Shown here piece after piece: positions 13,505-26,800 of a DNA stretch of 64,000 nt. This DNA comes from Eledone cirrhosa. Taxonomy: Eukaryota. The stretch is from contig OZ024747.1 of the NCBI GenBank assembly GCA_964016885.1, positions 69,998,001 through 70,062,000 on the forward strand. The letters run 5' to 3'. A program made the translations under genes and the position numbers. Each line of letters begins with the position of its first letter. Positions within the stretch are counted from its first letter, which is position 1. A model generated the notes under the pieces. The model searched no databases. It saw only the letters and a program-made list of their open reading frames with translations, and had not been told where the DNA came from.

Positions 13505-13925
13505 AATAATGAAATTATTGTGTACAATGCTCAGGTGCACAACAACTCATCAAATGTGCATGTTCAGTACATAGAATAATGTACAAATGTCAGGAAAGTG
13601 AACAGTGTAGGTGTCATGATATACATGTGGGTGTGTGTGTATGGAGTGGGGGATATCAGGTGTAGTGTTGGCGAATTTCAAGTAGTTTGTTCCATGTTTC
13701 AGAAAATCTGAGCGTGAAAAAATGTTTCTGAAAGTTATGGGAGCTGTGCTGTTTTCTGACTTTGTAGGCATGCCCATGTGTGTTAAACATTTGGAATTCA
13801 AAAAGGTGCTCAAGTTTGATGTTGGCAAGATGGTTAATAATTTTGTGGGTCAGTCAGTTTTCAGACGTCGGAGCTTCAATGTATCCATGCCCAGGGAAGC
13901 AAGGCATTCAGAGTATGTTAGATAT
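13505..13925 (-). mobile_element. CR1/L2-type LINE 3' fragment
   Basis: LASLGMDTLKLRRL, FRNIFS and WNKL-like motifs typical of CR1 ORF2 ends. Confidence 0.7.
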
Positions 13926-14017
13926 ATATAAACATAATTAATCATAGTTTAATCTAGTGTGCATCATCAATCTTCTGCCTTTCAAAAAAAAAAATATTAT
14001 ATATATAAATATAATAT

Positions 14018-14900
14018 ATCATCATCATCACTGTTTTACACTTATTTTCCATGCTCACATGGATTAGACCGGCTGACACATTTTGTGGCTAGACTTGTTG
14101 GGTAACTATCTCTCGCTCATATGTTGCATTTTTGACTTAGTTTCTATGGTTAGATGCCCTTCCTAATGCCAACTATTTTACTGTGTGTACTGGGAACATT
14201 TATCATGACTCTGGCACTACCAACGTACAGTGTGGACTGGGTTCTTTTATCATGGTGCTAATACTTTATAGGGTGGGCAGGTTTTTTTTTTATCATGAGA
14301 CCATCACTGGGGAGGTGTTGACCTGAGTGCTGGCAGATTCATACCACTATGGATGAGGAATGGGCTTGGATGGAATGTGTTGCATCTGGCTTTTCATGAT
14401 GACATTGATCAGACAAGGGAGTGAATCATGTATGTGGGATAGAGCACATCCTTCTACCATGCTGGCATATGTAATGCCGGAACTAGTAACTGGAGATGAG
14501 GTAGTGGGGGAGGAGAAAGCACAAAGTTAGTGTTGATGGGAACCCAACCCCTTTTCTTTCCCTGCTGGCATGGGTTAGATGAAGGAAATGATGGCAGAGA
14601 GTAAAGTATGTGGACATGGGTGGTATTTGTAAAGTGAGGAGGATAAATTTAGGAAGCTGGACGAGAGGGATGAGCTTGTCTAATGCTCTCTTTCTTGTGT
14701 TACACCTCATTTGTATAGAAAGCTGAGTCTTTTCTGGTATAACATATTACCATTTGACTTGATCTAGAATCGTCCCCTTCATGAAGTCCAGCTTTCTGAG
14801 GTCAGCCTTGATCCTATCATCCCAAGATTTCCTGGGCTTCCCTCTTCTACAGTTTCCATTCAACTTGAGCACCCTACACATACTCATACATAAAATGTCT
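14018..14900 (-). mobile_element. RTE LINE 3' end with long 3' UTR, decayed
   Basis: CRRGKPRKSWDDRIKADL; tail similar to 27150-27457. Confidence 0.75.
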
Positions 14901-15179
14901 GACTGAATACATACAGGATTTTTCTCAAAAACTATTTTTCTATTTGTTCCTCTTCCCACACTATCTTTCTATCTTATCTTTTATTTCTCATTCTATCTTC
15001 TGAAGAAGGACTAGTGTCTAAAATATGACAACACTTTTCCTACTATAGCATACATCAAACTGGTATATTTCTTCATTGTACTATGTTGTTTGCTTTGTTA
15101 TTTCCATTTCCATTTTACATATATTATCATTATCATATGGATCATCTGACTATTTTCATCTTTTTTCCTTTTTTCAGAC

Positions 15180-15615
15180 AGTTCCAGGATTGGCACAAGA
15201 CCAACAATTTTTAGGGGAAGGGAAAAGTCAATTAAATCAACTCCAGTGTGTTTTGGGTACTTTATCGACCCTGTAAGGAGGAATGGCAAAGCTAGCCTTA
15301 GTGGAATTTGAACTCAGAACGTAAAAGGCTGTAACTCTATGCTGCAAAGCAAGTTATCCAATGCTCTACCAACACCACCAATCCACTGCCTTTTAATAAT
15401 GATTTCCAGTATAGGCACAAGGCCAGTAATTTGGGGGAGGGGAAAGTCGATTAAATCGACCCCAGTACGTAACTGGTGCTTTATTTTATCGACCCCATAA
15501 CGATGAAAGGCAAAGTTAACATCAGCTGGATTTGAACTCAGACCGTAAAGGGCCATAACTCTATGCTGTAAAGCTTGATGTCTGACACTTTATCGATAAT
15601 GCCAATACACCACCC
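15180..15615 (-). mobile_element. Two tandem SINE family 1 copies
   Basis: About 15180-15390 and 15398-15615, each with atttgaactcag (reversed B box). Confidence 0.85.
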
Positions 15616-15734
15616 TATTGCTTTTTGATAATGAAATACAATACTTAAATTTACCATCATTGTTTTAGCATGAGGACACTGTGTGTGTATGTATATATGT
15701 GTCTAATGTATATATATGATCATGTTAATATATA

Positions 15735-16330
15735 ATAAGACCTGGAAAAAATAAGTGGTGAAACATGATATGGCTCTGTTTGTTCATGATCCCCAAGTCC
15801 ATCATTCAGTAATTTGTTGTGTATAACATAGTGAATGTTAGTACAGCTGAAAGAGAGCCACTTGTCATTCCTACTGTTCACCTTTTGATCTAAGAAGAAT
15901 GTTGGGCTTATATAGTTACTTTGTTCAGCAAACAACTTCCACCAGATATGAATTGCTCTCTTCTCATGACATCTTCATGCAACATACATCTGATTGTAGA
16001 TTCTAATGATTAATAATTACAATCATCAACTCGCTGGGGTTCTTATCAATGATGCTTTGGTGTTTATGAAAAGAACTCGGTTTTCCCGACTATGCGTAAC
16101 CATTGAAAATGTTCTTTTCTTTTGGCCAATAAAGGCACATTCCCACCAGAGGCTTCTTCATATCTTAAAGACAAAGGACCAGATAACATTTATGATGAAA
16201 GCAATCTCCACAGTCAGGAGTTAGCAGAGAACAGCAAGCTCTTTCATTTCCTGCATCAGATACAAAGCACCAATTTGGGGCTGAACAAAGACAGATGTTA
16301 GTTGAATTTGGGCCACATATGGCTCTCTAA
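15735..16330 (-). mobile_element. Decayed Tc1/mariner-superfamily transposase
   Basis: EIAFIINVIWSFVFK, EASGGNV..AKRKEH, SIIDKNP, TIRCMLHED, DQKVNSRNDKWL, across stops and frameshifts. Confidence 0.65.
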
Positions 16331-16941
16331 ATTGTGTTCTCAAAAATCTTATATATATTTATATATACATATATGTAAACTTAAGAAAATTAACAAAGAG
16401 AAGACAATACAATAATCGAAAACAAGGCAAAATGAAAAACATTTTTTTCAGGGGAAACCTTAAAAAATTATTTTCCAAAAATAAAAATACAAATGGACAC
16501 AGACTTCCATGGTCATTGGCCGTTGAGGTCGACTTTGGCAATGTTGACCCATATAAACAGTATTGCTGGTCCACCCAGTATCACAGCACATGTGACAAGC
16601 CAAACACTGTCCAGCAGAGTAAGAGATGAGGGACAAAACATTAATTTAGAGCAATTAAGCTACAACGAATACACATAAAATGTTTTGTGATGTTAAGGAA
16701 AAGTGATATATTTATATATATATGTGCATGTGTGTTTTTGGTATGTATATCAAATTTTTTTCTCTATTCTCTGTTTGTGTTTGCCATAATTCCTTTTATT
16801 AATTAACTAATTATACAATCTGCACCTGATGATGTCACCAGGGTCTTACATAACCAGGTAATTGTAATATATATAGTTTTTTTGCATCAATAAAACTTTA
16901 AAGACATATCACCAGTCTGGCCTCCTGTTGTTTTAAACAAA

Positions 16942-16986
<45 letters not shown>

Positions 16987-16992
<6 letters not shown>

Positions 16993-17942
16993 AAAAATTG
17001 AACAGGGACAGAACAGAGAGGCAGTACGACAAATGTTTATTAGATTCACGCTCAGGAGAGTGGGGGGTAGGTGGAGGACGACGTTTCGGGCATAAGCCCT
17101 TCTTCAGGTAAGAGTTCAAAAGGTGTGTAGGGGAGTGGTGGAGAGACATATAGCGAAAGGAAACAGTGCGAATGAAAAATTAACAAATAAAGACAAAAAT
17201 ATAATAAATAATAAATAAAAATAAAGCATGATCAAAATACAAGGAATGAGAACATTTAAAAATAAAGGCATGATCAAAATAAACTGAAATTAAAAGGGGG
17301 GTAAACAGGTGGTGGAAGGGTGTGGGGTGAGTAGAGGTGGAGGCGGGTGGAGTGGGTAGAGGGAGACGGGGTGTCCGAGCGGGGAGGGCTGAAGGTGGTG
17401 TGTGTGGTTAGGTGTGCATGTGTGTGTGTGTGTGTGTATGTGAAAGTGAGGGTTGGGGGAAGAACGGGGTTGCATGTTCAGAAAGGTGTGTGTGGGGGGT
17501 GTTTTTGTGTGTCGGAGGGTCTGTGCGTGTGTGGATAGGGGGGTGGGGGGAGAGGAATCAGGGGGCTGAGGGTGTAAATATGTGGTGGGAAGCACGTGTG
17601 TGTGGTTTAAGCATGTTGTGGGTGTGGGTGGCGTGTGGATAAAAAAATTTGTTTTGGGATGTGTGTGTGGGTGAGTTATATAGGTGATGGTGTTAGAGGA
17701 TGGTTGAAAGTGGTAAGTTACACGGATGTATGGAGATTTTGGTTGGAAGTCAAAACGCGTGTGGGTAATCCAAGAAGCGGTGGTCGGAAGAGGAGAGATG
17801 TGGGGTGCGCGCGCAACAGGAAGTGGTCAGCAGTGGAAGTGCTGTGGTCAGTTGGTGCTGAGACAGTGGTCGGAAGGGCATAGCAGCAGTCAGCGGAATG
17901 GTAGGGAAGCGAGGATGGGTAGGTGTGAGAGTTGGAGTGAGG

Positions 17943-17995
<53 letters not shown>

Positions 17996-18601
17996 TAGTA
18001 GGGGTGTTAGTGGGATGAGTGAGTGTGGAGTGGGGAGAGAAGGGTGTGTGTGGTTCTATGGAGGGAGTGTGGTGTACTGGTGTGTGTGTGTAGTTTGGTG
18101 AGGAGGTGTTAGTGGGTGTTAGTAGACGGGAGGTGGGGAGGGGTGGAATGCAGGTGTGAGTGGGGGTTAGTGGGGGTAGGGTGTGTAGAGTTGGTGGTGT
18201 ACGAGGGTGTGTGGGTACGTGTGCGTGGGGTTGGAGGGTGTTAGTGATGTTAGTTGCGTGTGGGGTGGGTGGTGTAAGTGTGTGCGTGTGATAAGGAGGG
18301 GGGAGGAGGAGAAGAGGGGAGGGAAGGGATGTTAGTATGTTAGTTGGGGAAGGGTGGTTAGATGAGGGGTGGAGTGGAGGTGTTAGTATTGTTAGTGTGG
18401 GGTGGGCGGTGAAAAGGAGGGGTGTGTTAGTGGTGTTAGTGGGGGATAAGTGGGGGAGGGGGGCGGTCGAACGCTAAAGGAATAAGGGTGGGGAGTTCAG
18501 GCCGGGGGGAGTGTGGGTCTGTAAGAGGAAGATAGTACGTTGTTCGACCGTGAGGCGATGGGCGGGTGTTCCGTGGCACTGGAGTAGGCCACAGACTGTG
18601 A
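16987..18601 (-). mobile_element. Penelope-like element 3' fragment
   Basis: GIY-YIG C-terminus TVCGLLQCHGTPAHRLTVEQRTIFLLQTHTPPGLNS (about 18475-18600), then long CA-rich region, minimal hammerhead, AATAAA and (TA)n. Confidence 0.75.
17078..17109 (-). ncRNA. Minimal Penelope-type hammerhead ribozyme
   Basis: AC-CTGAAGA-A-GGGC-TTAT-GCCC-GAAA-CG-TC-GT. Confidence 0.75.
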
Positions 18602-19608
18602 GATATATCCATATCTTTATGACCTGTACATTAACAGTTCAACAAGGAATATCAACAAAACATGCACAAGACTTGTAAAAATGACTGTTGTCAATAGAAT
18701 TAACTAATTCTATTTAAGGCTAGACCTAGTATGACCACTGAATGAAACAATGAAGAAAAAAATGGATATGTAGTATATTACCGGTATACCATAAGAATTG
18801 AAAAAGAGATGAACACAGACTGATAAAATAGATTGCTGCAGTTACTCAAGGACGGATATATACATGCAATCCCATACGTATACACACTCAGTGCACAGGA
18901 AGAAAGATTAATACTGTTACATCACAACAATGTCTGTATATTACTGCATGTCTCTGTCTATAGCTCCAATTCTTGTCATTTTATTTCTTTTTAAATAGCA
19001 ATATCTATCCGTCTCATGTATCTTTTAATATCTGTCTATCTTCCTGTCTTTCACAGTCTCTCTTTTCAATTGCTTCCCACATCTCTCTCCATATCAATTT
19101 CCTACTCAACCTTCTCTCTTCTGGCCTTTCACATTCAATGAATTGACACCAAGTTCCACACACTTTATATACAAATTTACACATATATCCAGCACCAACA
19201 CATTCTAACTCAAGTGTGTATACACACAAAGACAGAGATGCAGCGAAAAAGAAGTTGAGAGATAAACATACCAATATACTATAGAATTCATAAAATTAGT
19301 TAACTTTGTGAAATACTCCTTCAGGAATTACTGACATAGGATTAAACAGCTAAAAACAAAGAAACAAACACATAGCAAATGGGTAACATCAACATGCTAG
19401 AAAAAGCAGCCAAACCAACATCAAATCTGTCACTGCCAGCATAAAAGTGGAAGTATACATTGAAGGCTGTAGTACCTAATATACTCAGAAGCAAAACTAA
19501 ACTAGGAAAAAATAACAAAAGAAGTCTCTATATGGAGTATCAACCTGCTAGAAATTGCAGCTAAAATCTCCTGCAAACATCGTCTTAAACCTTCAAATCA
19601 GAAGGATA

Positions 19609-19742
19609 TCATCATCATCATCATCATCATCAACATTTAACGTCCGTGTTCCACGCTTGCATGGGTTTGGACGGGGGTTTTCCCACTTGAGGCAAGATTG
19701 ATTGTCTTGCTCGCATAGGACTGTCTGGCAGGTTTTCTACAG
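19609..19742 (-). mobile_element. RTE 3' tail, close to the 23.8-27.5 kb element
   Basis: Near-identical reverse complement of 27324-27457. Confidence 0.85.
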
Positions 19743-19957
19743 TTTTGAAAATATTCTTACTTGATATATATAAACAATCAAAGCTGTTAATTTTACATTT
19801 ATATAAACAGCAAGTGGGTTTTACATTTATATAAACAGCAAGTGGGTTTGAAATTATTAGAAATGTAAGCTATTGCCGTGTTTTGACTAAAGAAATTAAA
19901 GAAATTATTTAGCCTGATAATGGGGTTAGCTTCTAATTTGAATGGAAAAAGATGGGT

Positions 19958-20129
19958 GATGTGTTGGTGTAAATGGTAGCACAGTGGTCCGGATAACCAA
20001 AGATGTGGGTTCGACTCCCATGTACGTCAATACTCATCTTTTTCCATTTCTCCGAGGGTTCTTAACCTCACTATCAGGCTAAATAATTTCTTTAATTTCT
20101 TTAGTCAAAACATGGCGATAGCTTACGTT

Positions 20130-20130
<1 letters not shown>
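19958..20130 (+). mobile_element. tRNA-headed SINE-like element (cloverleaf 19958-20029) with (TA)n tail
   Basis: A box TGGTGTAAATGG, B box GGTTCGACTCC, four stems; atypical anticodon loop CCGGATA. Confidence 0.75.
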
Positions 20131-20189
<59 letters not shown>

Positions 20190-20312
20190 TATGTGTGTAT
20201 ATATGTAAGGATATATATGTATATATATATGCATATGCTGAGTAGGTATCAGCCATGTGCACAAGATTACGGTAGATAGTGGTATACATGTAGATATGGT
20301 TAAATTTAATAA

Positions 20313-20409
20313 TAGTTGTTTCTACTTTAGGCACAAGGCCAGCAATTACCCAGTGTATTACTGGTACTTTATTTTATCGACCCCGTAAGGATGAAAGGCA
20401 AAGTTAACT
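20313..20409 (-). mobile_element. SINE family 1, 3' half
   Basis: ggcacaaggccagcaattacccagtg...gaaaggcaaagttaac. Confidence 0.8.
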
Positions 20410-21129
20410 AAGAATTTAATAATAATGAGTTATAAATTGATTGCACTAAGCTTATCTGTTCAAAGCAATTGTAAAAATTCATAAGAACCACACAACCTTC
20501 TTTGTGGATTTTTTAGTTACAAGGGCATGTGTATTGATGTGCAGAATCGATAATGTTGCTGTAATTCATTGTGTTTTCGTTTTAATCATTTAGCAATCAA
20601 TTGGGCTTCTGCTACTGATATAGTACTTTGGATTCTGGCTTGAATTTCAAGCCCCTCAAACGTAGTATCCATGTGTTGTAGTCGATCACATGAATTTAAC
20701 CTTAAAAGATGGTCTTCAAAATTTGACTTTTACACACAAACACACATATATATATATGTGAATGCACACATATATATATATACATATAATGTATATAAGG
20801 TGTATATAAGGCTTGTGAGAGCCATGTACGCCATGTATAGAGGTGCAGCCACAAGATGAGAGTTGGCAATGAGTGCTGAACTGAATTTGAAGAGTAGATG
20901 GAATCCCCCAAGATTCACTTTTCTGTCCACTCTTGGTACATACTGTGTTAATAGCTGCTTTAGAAATGTGTAAGCCAAAACCAGTCACATTGTTTATTGT
21001 GTAAAATTGAAAGAAAATTATGTTCAGTACTAAGAAAAGTAATCTTTGGCATACTCCAGACACCATCACCACCACAACCTAGACATATGCAATATTCCTC
21101 AAATAGTTACCAATATCAATAGGCATAAA

Positions 21130-21330
21130 TATTGTAGCTGATATTACACTGCCACGTAACAGTGCAGTTTGCACACAGGCATCACATAGTCTAACCTTCA
21201 CTCTGAGAGAAAAGGCCTTGTTGTCAGCAGTGGTATCAACTCTCAAAACGTTTCCCAGCCTGTTTTTATCCTAGCTCTAAAACCTTTGGCATACCCTCCC
21301 CCACTGCTAATTTGATCACCTAGGTCAGTT
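21130..21330 (-). mobile_element. RTE fragment
   Basis: LGDQISSGGG...ARIKTGW. Confidence 0.75.
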
Positions 21331-21799
21331 AAGATGCAGAAAATAGAATGGAATGGAGAAGCTTGTTTTGCGAACTGAAAGGCTAACTCCTGCTTTAAAG
21401 GGAAAATGGCCTTGAAACACTTGTTGTTGGAGTCAAAGACATAAAAAGAACACATCATTATCAAGAAATAAGACTATGAAAGATACTAGAATTAAGTAAA
21501 ATTTCAGTATTGAGTACTCAGTGAAAACAGAATGAATTCTCCCAGTACATATGGTTGTAAATAAGCTAGAAATGTGAAAAGTAACAATTAAAATATAATT
21601 GATGGGAAAAGAAAAACCTCAAAAAAGCATGCAGATAAAAAATATATATATATACTGTTTTAATGCATATTTAACAAGAAAAAAATAAAATAACTGTTTC
21701 AAGAATATTGGAGAATCTATTGTTGAAATGAAGTGGTTCAAATTAAGGTGGCAGCAAATGTTACCAAAGTGTTTGATATAAATATAATCAGATTTAGAT

Positions 21800-22250
21800 T
21801 TGAAATACTCTTTCAGGAATTTGATGCCAATAAATTGAAAACTGGCAACTAATCCACTCATGGATTAACAGATTATTTCCAAACCAAGCATGCAAAGCTT
21901 TATTTTAGTGTATGCTTCTATGGAAGTAGGAACGATGGAATAAAAGATAACAGCTACAATCAGATACAAAACACAGTAGAAAGCACACAGAAATATCACA
22001 TAAAGAATCACTTGGGCCAATTCAATGCCAAAATCAGTTACAATTTCTGAATGTAGAAATGATCGTTGAACACTTTGGATCATCAGATGAGACAAATGGC
22101 AATGGCATTTGAATTTAGTTCAGCCAATATAATTAGAAGTTTAATAATATGAAATATCTCATAAAAATGTCAAGATATTCATTAGGGACTTGTGGAAATC
22201 ACTGAATGGTATCAGATATGAAATTGATTTTATCCATATGTGAAAATTAT
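21800..22250 (+). mobile_element. Decayed LINE AP-endonuclease remnant
   Basis: FQTKHAKL...IKDNSYNQIQ...LGQFNAKI...DETNGNG resembles the APE GDFNAKIG region. Confidence 0.6.
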
Positions 22251-22950
22251 GATACTGTTTAAAAAATGTATTCATCTACAAAAGTGCATATGACACATCT
22301 GAACATTATCTATTTACAAATGAAATTAATTAAATCGTTTTAGTGATAACAGATTAAAAAAGAGTTTTAGAGCTAGGATAAAACACGGAAAAAGTTTAGA
22401 GAGCTGTTACCACTGCTAACAAAAAAGACCTTTATCTCAGAGTGAAGGTTAGTTTCTATGATGTGTGCAAAGTGCTATGTTACATGGCAATGAAACAGTG
22501 GTCAGATTTAAAACATTTGTGTCCACACAAACTAATAACAATTAATTAGTGTGATGATGTTTTAGCAAAACTGAAATCTTTGAAGAGAGAAAACATTTAT
22601 GGTAAATGCAAGGGATTATATAAAACCAGCTTGGAATAGTACCAATAACTGCAGAAAAATAAATGGAAAGATTGTAAAGTTATAATTTTCAACATAGAAA
22701 TTTCAAAGTATTGTATAAAACCATTTATAAAGTGTTTCTAAGAGAAGAAATATCTATGAGGATTCTAGGAATGTATTCAAAACATTCTACATCATATTGT
22801 AGTATACAAGTTTATTCAAAATATTTAAACATATATCACTAACATCATCACCATCACCATTTAGCATCCATTTTTCCATGCTAGCAGGGGTTATATACAT
22901 ATATATATTATATAAATATATATATGTATATATATATAAATATACATTAT

Positions 22951-23134
22951 AGATTGGCAGTATCGGTAGAGGGTCGGACACCATGCTTTGATGCATAGAG
23001 TTATGGCCCTTGCCATTCTGAGTTCAAATCCTGCCGAGTTTAACTTTGCCTTTCATCCTTATGGGGTCAATAAAATAAAGTACCAGTAATGCACTGGGTA
23101 ATTGCTGGCCTTGTGCCAATAGTAGAAACAATTA
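22951..23134 (+). mobile_element. tRNA-derived SINE family 1
   Basis: B box gagttcaaatcc and family core. Confidence 0.85.
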
Positions 23135-23186
23135 TATATATTCAATGATATTAAATAAATGGAAACTATATATATAAAACAAACTT

Positions 23187-23251
23187 TGTATTTTATCTGA
23201 AGAGAGCGTACCAAAGTTTTGGTACCTTTGACATATATATAATAGAATATA
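23187..23251 (+). ncRNA. Hammerhead ribozyme motif, family A, GAAA changed to GACA
   Basis: 10-bp stem I, CTGAAGA (23197), stem II GTACCAAA/TTTGGTAC, GACA, TATATA-TA. Confidence 0.7.
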
Positions 23252-23400
23252 TATGGTTTTATAAATATAGTTTCCATTTATCATTGAATATTATCATTGA
23301 ATATTATACTCCAGAAAACTTGTTGAGTGCTTTGAATCAGTTATAAACATTTATATTTGTTGAATTAGCAACAAATTAAATATCCTTTTTGCCTAAAATG

Positions 23401-23432
<32 letters not shown>

Positions 23433-23835
23433 CATCATTTATACGTCCACTGTTCCCTGCTTGCATATATATATATATATAAATTATATATATATATGTA
23501 TATATATATATATACATTATGTATATATATATACATTATATATATATATGTGTGTCATCATTTATACGTCCGCTGTTCCCTGCTTGCATATATATATATA
23601 AATTATATATATATATGTATATATATATACATTATGTATATATATATATATATACATTATAGTAATAATAATAAAATTGAAGACTAAAATTCAAAGAGGG
23701 CTCGATAAGGAAAATATATATCAGGTGTGATCATTAATATGTCCGCTGTTCCCTGCTTGCATATATATATATAAATTATATATATATATGTATATATATA
23801 TATACATTATGTATATATATAAATTATATATATAT

Positions 23836-26800
23836 CCTGGAGAGTGGAGGAGAGAGAGAAAAATCTGGACGCTCAGCGACAATGCCAAAGATAAAGATAA
23901 AGACAAATTCACCTCGTGGACGAGAATGCGAGCACTCCTCATTGTTTCGACCGCGGACGGCTAACATAACCCCATCGCCCCCCGCCCCCACCGCCCCCAA
24001 CCACCAAACGCAATCCAAAACTTCAGAGTTGGTACCATAAATGTAGGCACCCTAAAGGGTCGCGCTAACGAGGTTGTAGAAATGCTTGAACGTAAGGAGG
24101 TCGATGTTTGTTGTATTCAAGAGACCAGGTGGAGGGGTGGGTCTGCTAGATTCATTGAGGGTAAAAAATGATGTTATAAGCTTTACTGGGTGGGAAACGA
24201 CGATGGGCTGGGTGGAGTAGGAATCATGGTAGCAGAAAAGTGGGCAGATAAGATAATAGATGTAAATAGAGTGAACGACAGAATAATTAAAATACGACTT
24301 GTCCTCAATAGAACTACGGTGACAGTAATATCTGCGTACGCACCCCAATCCGGACTGCCCGGCACTATAAAAGACAGATTCTATGAGACACTGATGCTAA
24401 CTACCTCCCAAATATCCGACAGTGACTATATAATTATTGCAGGCGACCTAAATGGTCACGTTGGACAACATTGTGATGGCTACGACGAAATCCATGGAGG
24501 CTATGGGTTTGGTACTAGAAATGAGGAAGGCTCCAGAATCCTGGAATTCTGTGATGCAAATAACCTAACTATCTGTAACACTAACTTCAAAAAACGGGAC
24601 AATCACCTGATCACCTATAGATCCGGGGAACACACAAGCCAGGTAGATTATATCCTTACCAGAAGACGTGACAGAGTGTCTGTTGTAAACACTAAATCCC
24701 TCCCCCATGAAGAATGCACCTCCCAACATAGACTGATAATTAGCGACCTCATAGTCAGGACGAGACGTACTCGACAGCAGAAGAGGACTATCCTCAGGAG
24801 AAAAATATGGAAGCTAAAGGACCCCACAGCCAGAAATAAATTTCAAAGCATATTACTTGATGCTTTCGACAGTAAGGAAGAACATTTAGAGTCGGACAAT
24901 ATAGAGGGACAGTGGGAATTTCTGAAAGCAGACCTGCTGATGGCGACAGACGAAGTCTGTGGCTGGAGCAGGCCTGTAGGCAGGAGGAGAGTAACATGGT
25001 GGTGGAACAGTAAGGTGGAGGGGTCAATTAAGGCCAAAAAGCAGGCTTGGAAAGTATGGCAGGATGGGGGAAGTAGAGAAGACTATCAAGTGGCCAGGAG
25101 GGAAGCTAGGAGACAAGTGTACTTAGCAAGAAGGGAAGCTGAGGAAAGAAAGTTCAAGCATGTTCAACAACGCGAGGACCAAAAACGTGAGGTGTTCAGG
25201 ATTGCTAGGCAATGCGTCAAGGAAAACCGTGATATTGTCGGGGAGAAGTGTGTACTTAATGATGATGGCATACTTGCCATCACCGACGCTGATAAGAAGG
25301 TAGCTTGGAAGTGTCACTATGAAAGGCTACTAAATGAGGAGAATAAATGGGAGAAAGACAGTCTACCCCATATCGACCCAATAGAGGGACCAGCAGTGTT
25401 AGTCGAGGGGAGTATAATAAGTAAGGCAATCAAGGATATGAAGACGGGTAAGGCGGCTGGGCCTTCGGAAATAGTTGTTGAGATGCTGAAGGCATCTGGC
25501 ACGGTGAGACACACCATGGTCACCCGCATAGTTAACCAAGTCGTACAGAATGGGGTTGTTCCGAAGGACTGGCATAGCAGCATCATCGTTAACTGTTATA
25601 AGGGTAAAGGAGACGCCCTAGATAGGAGTAACTATAGAGGCATTAAATTAATCGACCAGGTCATGAAGGTCACGGAAAAAGTAATAGCACAACTAATCAG
25701 AGAGAGAATTGACCTAGATGAAATGCAGTTCGGGTTTGTGTCAGGCAAAAGTACCACAGACGCTCTTTTCATTGTACGACAACTACAGGAGAAGAACCTA
25801 GCTAAAGGTAAACCCCTCTACTTAGCTTTTGTCGACTTGGAGAAAGCCTTCGACAGAGTCCCCCGCTCCATTATCTGGTGGGCTCTTAGAAAACTATGAC
25901 GAATGGCCTGTGAGAGCTATACAAGCCATGTATAAAGAAACAGTCAGCAAGGTTAGAATTAACAACGAATATAGTGAAGAGTTTAGCGTAAAAGTTGGCG
26001 TCCATCAGGGCTCTGTTCTCAGCCCCCTACTATTTATTATTGCCCTTCAGGCTATAACAGAGGAGTTCAAGACCGGCTGCTCATGGGAACTCCTATACGC
26101 AGACGACCTGACACTCGTAGCGGAATCAATGGCCGAGCTAGAGAAGAAATTCCAAACATGGAAGCACGGCCTAAAATCAAAAGGCCTTAAAATTAACCTG
26201 GCTAAGACTAAAGTTCTAGTTTGTAGGAAAGAAAATAAGGCGGCGGTCCCTTCTGGGAAATGGTCGTGCTCAGTGTGTAGGAAAGGCGTAGGTAGAAACT
26301 CCATTTTATGTCCTAAATGCAAAGTATGGGTGCATAAAAGATGTAGTGGGATCACAGGTAAGCTAACTAAGAACATAGATTTTACATGTGGCCGGTGCTC
26401 TGGTGCAATAAGTAGCAGCAAGTGCCCACAAAATACTAGCTCTTTCAATTGCGCAGAGGGTTCTATAGAAATAGTGGACAGCTTCCGTTACCTGGGTGAT
26501 AAAATCAGCAGTGGGGGAGGGTGCTCTGAAAGTACAGTAGCTAGAGTCCCGAACTGGTTGGAAAAAGTTCAGAGAGCTTATACCACTATTAGCTGCTAAA
26601 GGGTTCTCCCTAAAAATGAAAGGCAGGTTGTATGATGCCTGCATACGAACAGCAATGTTGCATGGCAGTGAGACCTGGGCATTGTGTGCAGAGGATATAC
26701 GCAGACTAGAGAGGAACGAAGCTTGCATGCTCCGCTGGATGTGTAACAGTAATATACGTGAACGGCAAAGCATAAAGAACTAAGGAAAAAATTGGAAATA

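Noticed and set aside
16135-16301. Plus-strand exon-like frame with NIYDE motif
   Set aside because: It is the antisense of the Tc1/mariner remnant
17990-18460. TTAG/GGG motifs as interstitial telomere
   Set aside because: No tandem TTAGGG array; irregular minisatellite
19958-20029. Functional tRNA-Ser(GGA)
   Set aside because: C33 and T37, mismatched anticodon stem, no long variable arm, attached to a repeated body
21865-22095. Hydrophobic minus-strand ORF
   Set aside because: Antisense of a decayed LINE endonuclease
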